NCBI RefSeq assembly: GCF_018977255.1 | Contig: NW_024704742.1 | Location: 82,524,001 to 82,588,000 of the forward strand | Source: Callorhinchus milii | Taxonomy: Eukaryota | Direction of reading: 5' to 3' | DNA: 64,000 nucleotides | Part shown: piece by piece, positions 37,740-50,057 of the stretch | Position numbering within the stretch: position 1 is the stretch's first letter | How the letters are laid out: each line of letters opens with the position of its first letter | Notes under the pieces: generated by a model | Told to the model about the DNA's origin: nothing | Seen by the model: only the letters and a program-made list of their open reading frames with translations | The model's database searches: none | Position numbers and translations under genes: made by a program

Positions 37740-38385
37740 TGGCTGAATGCGGTTGAAGAGGAGGTCTTGAGACATGCCTTAAAGGAATTCGAAAGGGTGG
37801 GGGTAGAAAAGCTGAAAGGATGTGGAGCAGGCTAGAGCCTGCTGAGCAGAGGGAGTGGACAGGTTGATATGGGATTAGCAGGTCAAAGAGGTAGGAAGGA
37901 GCAAAACCGTGGAGGGCCTTGAAGGCGAGGATGAGGATTTTGAACTCTATCTTCTGGGGGATGGGGAGCCAATGGAGCCGGGCGAGGGTGGGGGTGATGG
38001 GGTCCCGGATCCTGGTGGGGAGAGGACATGACCTGCAGAGTTCTGGATAATCTGCAGCTTGTGGAGGGAAGAATTAGGAAAGCCAACAAGCAGGGAGTTC
38101 GTGTGGTCGAGCCTAGATGTAATAAAAATACCTGCATGAGGGTTTCAGCAGCCTGAGGGGAGAGGCAGTGATGGAGCTGGGTGATATTGCAAAGGTGGGG
38201 GAAGGCAGTGCGCGTCATGCATGGGATGTGGAGTAAAAAAGGATAGTTGAGGGTCAAACAGGATGCCAAGTTTCGGTGAGGTGGAATGTGCATCCATGGA
38301 TGGTGATGCTGCCAGTGCCTGAAGTGTAGAGGTGCTGACAGGACCCAATCAGGAGGGCCTTGGTCTTGTTGACATTCAACTGGAG
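37740..38385 (-). mobile_element. L2 fragment
   Basis: ORFs read LQLNVNKTKALLIGS, LGILFDPQLSF and FPHLCNITQLHHCLSPQAAETL. Confidence 0.9.
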
Positions 38386-38924
38386 AACACAATAATTTAA
38401 TCTCTGTCCAAACACAAGTGGTTCATTGTTTGACTTCTTCAAGGAGTGGAGTGCCAATACTTAAGAGATGAAAGTCCAGAAATATCCATCAAAACCCATG
38501 TCATTCAGAAATTGGTGTAAGTACTGGATATTGTTCAAACAGCCAGGGAAGTTTTACCAAGAGCACCTGCTGGTTTCTTTTTTTTATATATAAAAAAGGA
38601 TCTGATACAGTTTGTTTAACCCACATCCTGACAGTGAGATTCATTTGTGGGGAGTCTGATTTGCTTGGCTGTATATGTGTGCTCTGTCTGCTTCCCAATG
38701 TGATATTGGATTAAAATAGAACAGAGGAGAAAAGAGGTTAATGAATAACGAAGGCTCCAGACTGGTAAATAGCATTGGAGCTGCTCATTTTGTCGAAGGG
38801 AGATCAGACCTTTTCTGCATATTTCCTTTAATATATTCAATCTTTTCTAAGAATGTTTTCCTGTTGTCATAAAAGATATTTATGATGGATAAAGGAAACC
38901 AACATGAAGGCATGTCTTTTGAGG

Positions 38925-39330
38925 GATGGAAGATCACAAGATTGGTTCGGATGAAGAAAGCCCTTCGGCCCATCTGTTCTCATCCCTCCCATCACAGCAT
39001 CAAACGGCTTTTTAAATGAGTCCAGTGTCATGTCTCAAACCTTTCTTGGCAACCGGCTCCAGTTGTTTATTTCCCTCTGGATAAAGAAAAACTTCCTGAT
39101 ATCTGTCTTGATATTGCCTTTTACAACTCTAGGTCCTCTTGTTCAATTGTCTTGTTGAATCCTAAAATATTGATCTGGGTTTACTTTTTTAATTCCATTT
39201 AAAAGTTTATGTAACTCTATGAGGGCCTCTCAAGACTGAGGAGCTCTAGCTTGTTTAGTCATTGCTCATAGCTCATTCCTCTAACACTGGGAATTATTCT
39301 CGTCGCTTTCCTCTTAACTGCTTCTTGGGC
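38925..39330 (-). mobile_element. Degraded CR1 3' fragment
   Basis: gcccttcggcccatc...ttccagttgtttatttccctctggataaagaaaaacttcc. Confidence 0.7.
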
Positions 39331-39899
39331 CCTTGTTTTGATTGATCTTTTCTTTCAACAAAAATCCAAAAAGAAAATGAGGGAATGGAATTCATTTGCG
39401 GTCATGTGTTTCTGGAGAATATTTCCTTCTGTGTTGAATCAATTCATAAAATCAGCGTTCTGACCTGCCTGTTCTTTGCCCCAATTTGACTGATCTTTGC
39501 ATTGACTCAGCCGTTGCGTTTCACTCACAAAATATACAGTCAATTCACTTTACAGTATATTCAGTGAAGCGCTTTGAGGCGTCTCAAAGATGTGATAAGG
39601 CATTATTTGAAATGCAAGGATTATTATTATTAAAATAATTCTTTATTCCTCGCTCTCTTACCCCTCCTCTCCTAAAGGCAGTGACTGTTGCTTGAGTTCT
39701 TGTTCCACACATAGGGGCAACAATGTGCACACATGGTCTTTCTTCATTTGGGAGCAATGGCGGTGACCATAACCAAATCTGGGATTACTAAGGAGGTTAT
39801 TTCCAACCTCCTTAAACCAGAGATACTCTATATTTCTAGATCTCTAGATCATATATCGCTACACAGACCAATAAGTGATGATGGGATCTTAGAGTCAAA

Positions 39900-40285
39900 G
39901 TCAGAGAAATTTGTGACACAGTAGGAGGCCTTCTGTCCCATTTAGACTGCACCTGTTTTCAGAACAAGGTGTTTTGCAAGCCCACAGTCCTGCCTTATCC
40001 CAATACCCCCCCAAGCCTCTAGTCTTCATATACCTATCTACTTCCTTCTTGAAACCTACAATGGACTCTGCCTCTATAGTGTTTTTTGGTAGGGTATTCC
40101 ACATCCCTACAGAGTATTAAAAAATGGCTTAGATCTTCTTTTGTGTGTTTTGTGACTACCTCATAACTATGGCTCCCGACACCTATGAGAGGATACAGTT
40201 TCTCTGTATTTACCTTGTCAAAACCCTTCATAATTTTGTATACCTCTATCAAGTCCCCTCTAAATCTTTTCTTCTCCAAAGCTTA
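39900..40285 (-). mobile_element. CR1 3' fragment
   Basis: ORFs read LEKKRFRGDLIEVYKIMKGFDKV and WNTLPKNTIEAESIVGFKKEVD. Confidence 0.9.
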
Positions 40286-41703
40286 CTTGTCTGGAAATGT
40301 GCTTCACTACCAAAAAATATCTTTTTTATGGCATTTTCTGGCAATTTATGAAGCAGAAAACCAAATAGTGACATTGGGGTTCAGCTGGTGTATAAGCAGC
40401 TCAAACCATGCAGCCTGCCATAGTTTCAAGTGAGTGGAAAGGAAACAAAGCAATAATTACAGCACAGAATGTGTGTGCATTGGATCTGCCTCAAAAGGCA
40501 GATATTCAGTGTGTTTCTTTACCTGGCCCTCTCCAATAGTTAATAGAAGGTTATTATTGATAGTTCTGAGGTTTTGATAGGCTTAAGTTTACTTTTCTGT
40601 TCACTTGCCATCTGATCTCACACAACTCAATGCTCCAAGCAAAGGTGCGTTATAAATAGAATTAAATTCCAGCACTGTGCTGATGTTACAGGCTTGTTAA
40701 TACAAGCTGCCACCACTTACGTGTGATGTGGAAAAGCCCAGAATACATAGTCCTCAGCTCATACACCTACCTCAGTGTAATCCTCTACGCTTTAGGACTT
40801 TGATATCTTTTCCTGCTTTATTTGATGTCAACCTGATTGTGACTGCACCAAATGATGCTCCAAGAACAAACCAACGGTATTTTTTTTTAGCAAAAGTGCA
40901 ATAATGCGGAATTTCATATAATGTACAGTGATGTCGATAGATCACTTGATATTGGATAGGCTTTTGAACTCATCCAAAATTTTAATCCAGCATATTGTAC
41001 TGACTTGTACCCTTTCCCTATGTGTGACCCTTTTTGAGGTAGATATGTATTTACCCTTTGTTTTGCTCTCCATTTATGCAAAATGAAATATTTTCCATTG
41101 ACTACACTGCTACTGAAAACCATAGCTTTAAACCATTACTTGATTACCCATGCAGAAACTGGTCATCATGCTTACAGGCGGTTGTTTTCCTTCACTCTGA
41201 CTGAGGCCATGAAATGCAAAGACTGTATTTTCGCTGCTGTAGCTCATTAGACTGGCATATGATTTGAGGAGATCATTTTGTCCAGCCTCAGGAATGAGAC
41301 CCTACTGCTGCATCCAAAATGTAGGACTCTTTCAGGGATCCCTTTTCTGGAGGGTTTTATTTTGTGTTGAATAGGTTCCAGGTGCATTGTGTAAAACCTG
41401 ATGGCATATTGTGGTTTAATTTGCAAGATTCGCAGAATGATGTGAAATGTGAAACCTGGATGCATTATTACCGATGGTGAAGTGGACAGGACAGGGGACA
41501 TGAAGTTGGCTGAGCAAAGTGAACAGCCGGGTCAGTAGGGTAGTATGCCATAGAGGTAATGTAGGGGCGAGGTTATGGGTTTGGGGATTTTGTCTAAAAG
41601 CAAGGACAGAATAAAACTTCATTGCTCCTTCTTTCCTTACCCCGTCAACAGCTGTCCTCAGTTCTACTCTTTGATTAACCCACAGAGACATACTGTGATT
41701 TCA

Positions 41704-42040
41704 CAATAATAATCCTTACATTTGATATAGCACCTTATCTTCGAGACGTCTCAAAGCACTTCACAGAACATATTTTGTGGGCAAAACCCAGCAGCCAATT
41801 GCGCACAGCAGTCTCCCACAAACAGTAATGGATTGAGTGACCAAATTATTGTTATTATTTTGTTAACGGATTATTACCCCTGGTAAATCGATCCACCAAT
41901 CAACTAACAACCAGGTTCCTACTTACTGCGAGAGGCATGTGGAGTAAGGAAACTTGCCCAACATTTCGCCTGTCCAGGAATCGAAGCCAGGTCTTCTCAC
42001 TTGTGAGGCGAGTGCTCTATGCCCCAGGATTCACGACTCG
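41704..42040 (-). mobile_element. Older, longer variant of the young tRNA SINE (anticodon CAC; extra ~55-bp internal segment)
   Basis: Shares ttgggcaagtttccttactccaca, the Deu 3' part and the tail with 6842. Extra segment at about 41877-41932; anticodon arm CTCGC-CTCACAA-GTGAG. Confidence 0.85.
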
Positions 42041-43140
42041 CAGTTGAGAGTTCAACATTTAATTGTTTTGTGCTGCTCAGCAGGGCTGAATATGCTGAAA
42101 AAGTAATGTGACCCAGAGTGGTTTTACAGGAGTAATTTCACGGATTATACCCAGTTGGAATAATTCCTTCTCCACTGTTCCTGTCTGAAATAGAAAGAAG
42201 TGAGAATCACAGTGCTTCCCCCATCCACCCCCAAAGAAAAACATCAAGGTTCTATATGTTTATATACATAATCCATGCTATGTCATTCATTAATCACTTC
42301 ACATAAAAAAGGCTTAAATAGGCTACGAGTGTGTAATACATCAGTGAGCTGTTCTTGAAGTTTGCTCATTTTAATCTGATGTTTGTTTCACTGTGAACAG
42401 GGATAAATCTCCACTGATCCATGTAACTCAGGTCTATCCCCAATTTTTTCCCCTTTAATGCCTGCTTGACTCTCTTCTCCATTTCTCATAATCTCTCTCT
42501 CTTTCTCGCTCGCTCGCACTGTGTCTCTGTCCCTTCAATCAATTGAGTGGTGGGGAGATGTTTGCCAGGATACTGTTCATGGGAAAGATTCATCCCCTGG
42601 GGGCATGTGATACTCTGTTTTAAAGGTGTATATAAAGAAGATGCAATGCATACCTAGTGTTCAAGTTCAGTACTGCATTTCATTATCTGCAAAGGCACTC
42701 ATTTATTCATTATTCATGATAAGCCTAAAGCATGTGGTTCTTTACATTCTGAATAAAGATCACAAGATCAGTTCAGCCTATCTGATCTCAACCCCCACCA
42801 AATTATTTTTTGTTTTTACACCTGGATGTGTGAGGATAGAGATGTCAACCCATAGCCTGTCTTTACTCAGGTGAATTGGAGGGTTGGTTAGTTAGTAATT
42901 GAGGTCAGACTTCAGGTGTCTGTACCCTTTCTCTTCCAGGCAGTGTCAGGCATCAGTCTGGGCTCCTAGGCAGCTATGGTAGCACTTTGAAATATCCTCC
43001 CAAATTGGAAGGCTATGTATAAACATAGTAAACATCCAAATTAAGATCAAACAATGCAAAAGGCTCCCCTGGGTTGCATATCACATGTGTACTTTCCACC
43101 TCATTCTGCTTGAGAAAAGCATACACTCAGCTCTGCTCAC

Positions 43141-43298
43141 CAGTTTCTGAATCACAAGAACAGTCTAGTGGACCGCCTCCGAACTTTATTGAAGTTTGCT
43201 TTTGATGTTTAAAAAAGTTGCCTCTGCACCAGCTGGCGTTATACTGGAGGTAATGTGAAACATTAGAGACTGGCTGCAAGAGTGGGCTTATTGATTCT
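43141..43298 (-). CDS. Candidate internal coding exon (158 nt, phase 2 to 1): ESISPLLQPVSNVSHYLQYNASWCRGNFFKHQKQTSIKFGGGPLDCSCDSET
   Basis: Acceptor gcattttattgggcttcAG (43299-43300), donor CTG|GTGAGC (43140), open frame, non-repetitive sequence. Confidence 0.55.
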
Positions 43299-43714
43299 CT
43301 GAAGCCCAATAAAATGCAACTGTACTGAGTTTGCCTCTCGTCAACAAAAAAAATCACATCAAGCTCAGGCGACTTCTGTTATATTATTGGCCCATTTGCA
43401 AATTGATGCTAAAGGATAAAAACAAACATTAATGTCAGACGAAGCTCATTGCAAGATAAGATTGAAATGAGTGTCAGTGAGGTAAAAGGAAAGAAGACAA
43501 TAAAGGTTTTCAAGTAACTGATATCCCATATCGTATTGATGAGCAATGCAACCAAATGCATCCTAATTCAGTAAAACTCACACAAGTCTTATATTTATGA
43601 ATTGTATAATAGCCCAATTCATACACACTTCCGAGTCCCAAGCAGTTTCCTCAAAACCACTTAGGTTTCTTCGTACTGGTCATATTAATTATCTCCTAAC
43701 TCAATCCCATCCTC

Positions 43715-44000
43715 CATTACGCCTGTACTTACCAGCTGTATTTTGTGGGTAATGACGTCCTGACTGGTTGATGCATACACACTTACCAGCTGACTACATT
43801 CAATCACGGGAAATGTATCCTTGACTGTCTACGCATGCACACAAGAACATTTCCCACGATTAAATGCGATTCCAACGCTACCCGGTAAGTGCACGTGCAG
43901 TGAAGGGACAAGTTACATTGAATCGTGAGAAATGTAGTCTTGACCCGTCACAGTATGTGTACTTACTGGCTGCATTGAATTATACATGTGCAGTGTAGAT
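43715..44000. repeat. Degenerate ~60-bp units in direct and inverted orientation
   Basis: acttaccagctg at 43727 and 43781, acttactggctg at 43961. cattcaatcacgggaaatgt and cattgaatcgtgagaaatgt oppose the inverted acatttcccacgattaaatg. Confidence 0.65.
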
Positions 44001-44116
44001 CATTGATTAAATCTAATTTTTTATGATTTATTCAGTTGCCTGCAAATTGAACTTTGCTTAAGTTGTATTAAATGTTATGGTCCCAACTGATACGACTTAT
44101 ATGAGGTTTACTGTAT

Positions 44117-44572
44117 AGGTGTCAGTCTGGCTCAGTCAGTAGCACTTGCTCCTTTAGTCAGAAGGTTGTGGGTTCAAGTCCCACATCGGGATTTTGAACT
44201 CACAGTCTAGGCTAACTCCAGTGCAGTGCTGGGTGAGTGCTGCATCGTTCAAGGTGCTGTTCCTCAGATGAAATGTTATTCCAAGGTCCCATCTGTCTTT
44301 TCAAGTGAACAGTAAAGATCCCATGGCAGTACTCGTATAGAGAAGTGCATTTCTCCTGGTGCTCTGGCTAACAATCCCTCCCATCCCCCTTCCAAATTAA
44401 ATTGGTTACTCACTTCATGGCTGTTTGTGGGACATTGCTGTGCACAAATTGACTGTAGCATTCTCCTACAAATACATAATCACTGCAGTTCACAGGATAT
44501 CCCATGAAGCGCTTTGAGACACCTTCCCAATGTAAAGGGTGCTATATCAAATATAAGGAATACCATTATTCT
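44117..44572 (+). mobile_element. Full-length old Deu-SINE (SacSINE1-like organisation)
   Basis: tRNA-like head with TGGCTCAGTCAG and GGTTCAAGTCC boxes, full central domain (ccagtgcagtgctg...aaagatcccatggca...ggctgtttgtgggacattgctgtgcacaaattg) and L2-like tail. Confidence 0.9.
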
Positions 44573-44669
44573 ACATGTTCTGCTGCGGACAGCAAAAAAG
44601 TTTGGAAATACCAGTCATGTGGTGCTCTGCTCCTTCAGGATTAATGTCACTGTCATGTTACCTTTTCAC

Positions 44670-45452
44670 TTACAACATGCATTTTGGGAAGAACAATGAG
44701 TATAAGCAATATAAGCTAGATGGTAGAATCTTAAAGGGGCTGAAGGAACAGAGAGACCTGGGGGGGTCATATAAATACATTTTTGAAGGTGGCAGGACAG
44801 GAAGATAAAGATGCTAAAACGCATACAGGATACTAGGCTTTATTAATAGGGACATAGAATACAAAAGTCAGGAAGTTATGATGAACCTTTATAAAACACT
44901 GGTTAGGCCTCAGCTAGAGTACTGCGTTCAGTTCTGGGCCCCACACTTTAGGAAGGATGTCAAGGCATTGGAGAGGGTACAAAGGAGATTTACCAGGATG
45001 GTCCCAGGAATGAGGGACTTCAGTTATCAGGAGAGGCTAGAGAAGCTAGGGTTATTCTCCTTGGAGCAGGGAAGGTTAATTAAAGTTTTCAAAATTATGA
45101 GGGTATTCGATAGGGTGAACAAGGAGAAAATATTTTCACTGGTGGGTGGGTCGGTAACCCAAGGACACCGATTTAAGATAGTTGTTGAAAGAAACAGGGG
45201 AGGTGAGGAGAAATGTTTTCACACTTCAGTTGTTCAGATCTGGAATGCATTGCCTGAAAGGGTAGTGGAAGCCGATTCACAAACAACTTTTAAGAGAGAA
45301 GTAGATAATTATTTGGAGAGGACAAGTTTGTAGGGCTATGGGGTGAGAGTGGGGGAGTGGGACTGAATTGGATAGCTCTTTTCAAAGAGTCGGCACAGAC
45401 ACAATGGGCCAAATGGCCTCCTTCTGTGCTGTATAATTCTATGATTCTATGA
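44670..45452 (+). mobile_element. CR1 3' fragment
   Basis: ORF 44878-45333 reads LYKTLVRPQLEYCVQFWAPHFRKDVKALERVQRRFTRMVPG; the element ends in ATTCTATG repeats. Confidence 0.95.
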
Positions 45453-45454
45453 AC

Positions 45455-45972
45455 ATTAGGAAGAGAATGCAGAGGCAATTTATTAGGATGAGACCAGAGA
45501 TGATAGAGTATCTATCAGGACCTATGAGTAGAGACTGGAGGAAATGGGCCTATTTTGAATGGAACATAGAGGTTTGAAGAGTGACCTGATAGAGGTCTTT
45601 ACAATTCTGAGTGTTTTTGATAGTCAAAAGGGAGAAACTATTTCCACTGGTCGGTAAATCAGTTGACTTGAGGGCATCAATTTAAGATAATAAGAAGGAA
45701 AAGGGAGAGATTAGGAGGATTTTTTTTAAACAGAGTCATTAGGAAGTGGAATGCCCCACCGGGTGCAGTGGTGAAGCAGAATCCATATTTGCTTCAATGA
45801 ATGTGATTAAGCGACTTATCAAATGGAAGAATTATTAAAGAATTATTATTAATTTGCAGCAGTATGGATAAAATGCAGGTAAATGGGATTGAATGGCATT
45901 CTCTTTCAAAGAGTTGGCACATATGAAACAGTCAAATTGGTCTCCTTTGCTGTATTTTCTATGGTTCTGTGG
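45455..45972 (+). mobile_element. Second, older CR1 3' fragment in tandem
   Basis: gagaatgcagaggcaatttattaggatg...gtgacctgatagaggtcttt...gctgtattttctatggttctgtg. Confidence 0.8.
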
Positions 45973-47054
45973 AACAAACTGGATTTTAAATCCAGATGAA
46001 CAGCTGCCAGAAGCCATTTCAACTTTAATTAGGAATTGCTAAATCACAAAGTATAACAAAAGTATTTTCCAGACACAAGTTGATATTTGAAACTCATGGT
46101 TCTACAAAAACTGAGATCAAAGCTGGTGACATGGTTTGTCCACTGAGTCACCGTCCAGCCTTGTCCCTGCGTCCACCCATTTTGTTTAACTTCAGTTTAT
46201 GGTGCTGTATAAATGTGGAGTGAAACCACTGAACTCGTCACTGACAAATCACAATGAACTGAGAATGTTTTGAAAAGCAGAGTGCTTTTATCCTGAGGTC
46301 ATCTGATACAATGATAGGCTTTGAGAAGCCGAAAATAACTACCTGACAAATAAGCAAGTGAGTCTACCGCTGAGACCAAATTAAAAGCTGAAGAGAGACC
46401 AGTATACCATAAAAGAAAAGACTAAGTGGATGTCTCGGATAGAATTCGGCCATGGGAAGGTATTTCTGTTTGTATGATCTCTGTAAAGTAGATGAGTGCC
46501 AGAGACTGCAGAAGATCATAATCATATTCTAAGCTCTCCAAAGGTGTAAGTTAGGAGTTGTTAACAGCTACCAAATCCTATTCTCTAAATATCTGTGATT
46601 GCACAGAGCTACTTGTGGAATTCATTATATCCGTTCCTTTTAAAAGAACCTCCTTGGAGCAATGTTATATAACCACATTATTTGCACATCACAACTTAGT
46701 TTGTCTCTTTTCCTGAATTTGTGAATAACGTGTATTCAGTGTTCCCTGTCCACCGGCATCACAGCTTTGTGTGATGTACTCACTTACACAAGCGCTATTC
46801 TTAAATTGTCTTATTGTGGCATTTTAGATTGAGGCATAGAGCTGGATGGCACTTGTAAATTAAATGGTGGAATGATAAGAAGGCCTGTATTCCAAGAAGC
46901 AGATCTAAGCAGCAAACAGGGTATTATTTTCCGCAACTCTGCTCGCCTGTTGAAACACGAGCTTCACTGCCACCATTTGATTTACTTTTTTTTGATGGTC
47001 TGACATTAGATTCTTTTATTTTTCTCCATGTTTAAAGAAGGCATGTGTGCGCTT

Positions 47055-47465
47055 ATCAGACTCAGTTGGTTGCACTCTCACCTCTGAGTCAAAAGTCCCA
47101 AGTCAGGACTTTGAACTCACAGTCTAGATTGACACTCCAATGCAGTGCTGGGTGGGTGTTGCATTGTCAGAGGTGCCATCCTTCAGATGAGAGTTTAACC
47201 TGAAGCCCCATCTGCCTGTTTAGGTGGACATTAAAGATCCCATAGCACTCTTCGAAAAGAGAAGGGGATTTCTCCTGGTGTCCTGATTATAATAATAAAT
47301 TGATCATTTACATCATGGCCATTTGTGGGACTTTGCTATGTGCAAAATTGACTGCCTACGAATACACATTTACTACACTTCACAATAAAATCCTTGAAAC
47401 ACTTTTAGACACTTCAACAAAGTGATAAAGCACTATACCAAATGTAAGGATTATTAATTATTATG
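47055..47465 (+). mobile_element. Near full-length old Deu-SINE
   Basis: Colinear with 44117-44572. Confidence 0.88.
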
Positions 47466-48074
47466 ATATAAGGCAAGTTAAACTATTCCCATTCCTCCAC
47501 AAGAAATTGGGCATTGAGTTTCCACATTTGGCTCTCCTTCACACAAAACATCTTATTATAATGACATTCATGCACCATTACTAGTCGAAGCTCAGCTCTG
47601 TCAACAACTGTGCTAAAAATAGCAAAGAATCAGAAATGTTTCTACCAAGCTCGCTGGCATTGTGGAAAGGTTGAGGAGAACTACTGCAGACCACAACTTA
47701 AGAGGAATGTAGGACATTACTATGTTTCTCACTGATGGGAAATATAGCCAACACATTTATGTGCTTAGAATTGGAAAATCCCATTGTAAGCACATGTTGC
47801 CAATACCATTTTCCAGGAAGAGAAAATAATCCCTTTAGTTTCTCAAATCACTGAGGCCATCATTTTCAAATCAATATTCGAAAGAGCTTGATTATTGGTT
47901 TCATATTTTCCAAAGCATTGCAGAAACCTATATTTTTAATATTCTACATTCATAACGTTGCTGAGAATGTTGTTCTTATACTCAAAAATGCAAAGGGTAA
48001 GTAAACAACCGGCGGATTGTTCACTTAGAAAAGATGGTAACCTTTTAACAGGAGCCAAAAATTCCACTTACTCT

Positions 48075-48240
48075 TTGACTAGAATCATAGAAATTTACAG
48101 CCAAGAAAGAGGCACTTCCACCCATTGAATCTGCACTGCCCCCCAGAGAAAGGTGTTCATTCAATCCCACTGCACTGTCTTTTCCCCACTGCTTGTAAGA
48201 CAATTTATATTTAAGGACATACAATTGTAAAAAGTTCTTA
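48075..48240 (-). mobile_element. CR1 3' terminus
   Basis: tagaatcatagaaatttacagccaagaaagaggc is the reverse complement of the CR1 tail. Confidence 0.75.
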
Positions 48241-48575
48241 ACATCAGTCTTTTCACAGAAGCATTTTTTTTTACAATTCTTAAAAAAAGGGCATCCAAAC
48301 TGAGACTGAACTGAAGAATTTCCTGCAATTGTGGGCATCCTTAAATTTTTAGGCAAAAGTGGATTCACGGGTGGAATTTTGGACTACAGATATACAGTCC
48401 TACTTACAACTTGTTCTGTGAAGTTAGTTATATTTAAATGTCATGTTGGGCATCCAATGTGTGATATTTCAGAAATGGATTTCATAAAAGGAATCCAAGT
48501 GGCTTAAATGGGGACTCCTTCCAGCAACCAGGAGCACCTTGGACTGACCTCAGCAAATCCATTTTGATGTGCTTC

Positions 48576-48904
48576 AATAATAATAATAATAATAATAATC
48601 CTTGCATTTGATATAGCGCTTTTCACGTCGGGAGGACGTCCCAAAGCGCTTCACAGAATATACTGTAAAGTGAATTGACTGTATATTTGTGGGCGAACGC
48701 GGCAGCCAATTGCGCACAGCAATGTCCCACAAACAGTCGTAGATTGAAAATGACCAATTTATTATTGTTTTGGGTTTTTTGGAGGGATTATTATTAGGCG
48801 TGTGGAGTAAGGAAACTTGCCCAAGGTTTCGCCCTGCCTGGAATTGAACTCAGGTCTCTCACTTGCAAAGCGAGTGCTCTAACCACTGAGCTACAGGACT
48901 CCAC
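48576..48904 (-). mobile_element. Young full-length tRNA-headed SINE
   Basis: Near-identical reverse complement of 6842 and 58177; (TAT)n tail. Confidence 0.95.
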
Positions 48905-50057
48905 AATGGAAATTTCAGCAAAATTTCTTGTTATGGAATGCTATGATGAAATGCCATAAATTAGCCCCCACTCCACTCATTGGAAGACGATTATTCACAC
49001 ACGCACTGTTGAAAAAAATTGGAAATCATTTTTCATACATATAAAATATTGAAATTCTATCCATTCATGAATATTATGCCAAGATAAATGTGGTTGTGAA
49101 GATAGAATACAAAGAAGTTCTCAGAATCTGATGGACTTTCAGCCCCGCTAATATCCAACGGCTTTTCAGTGCAATAGGGCCAATTCTCCCTAGCTGTCTA
49201 CATACTGATTTTAAAGAAATATAGCTGTCACCGTTTATTGGAGCACAATTTGATTCCTGTATTCCAAATACCCAGTTACCTTTCATTTCCAGTATTTTAC
49301 TAGCGCATAAAGGATGCAGCAATAAAAGTGTCTGCCAAAGCAACCAATTTATAGCCAAAGATTTGTGAATATCTGACTAAAACATGATTTAATAATCCTG
49401 CATCACGTAGAAGCATTCAATATATCTCCTTGGATGATGTTGAAAGGGGTGTTTTCATCTGACAAATTATCTTGCAAGGGAATGTGCCTGTTTTAAAAGG
49501 CTAAATGTGTTACATGCTCTAGTTAGGGTATTGCAGTACTTATCATGACTGGTGCTTTGATAAGGAAACACAGAGGCACAACACACTTAATAACCACCCT
49601 CCCCCATCCCCTCCCCTCCCCATCACCAAGGCCTCATGGCATTTCAAGAAAATCAGCATGTTGCTTCTTATTGAGAAGTCTCAGTGAAGGGCCAAGCTCC
49701 ACAGTGTAGAACACCACCAGGGTGAAAAGAATAGGCGAGAGGCTGCTGCATATTGAGAAGTTGTGGGTAGGTGATACCAAGCTTGGATTTTATAAACCTG
49801 TAGTTGGTAAGAGTTGATATGGGAACGCCAAGAAATTCTACACCTTTTAGGTGGTGGGAAAAAATATAATAGATCAGGAGATGGTACGAGGAGAATTGAA
49901 CCAACAGGACGGACAAAACAGCAGGTCTGCGGTGAGACAATATTGAAGTATTCCATGAATAAAATCAAAAGCAACTGAGCCATTTGATTAAGCAGAGTTA
50001 CATTTATGGGAGTGCCAAAATAAATAATCTTGGCTTGAAACTACAGCATATATAAAA

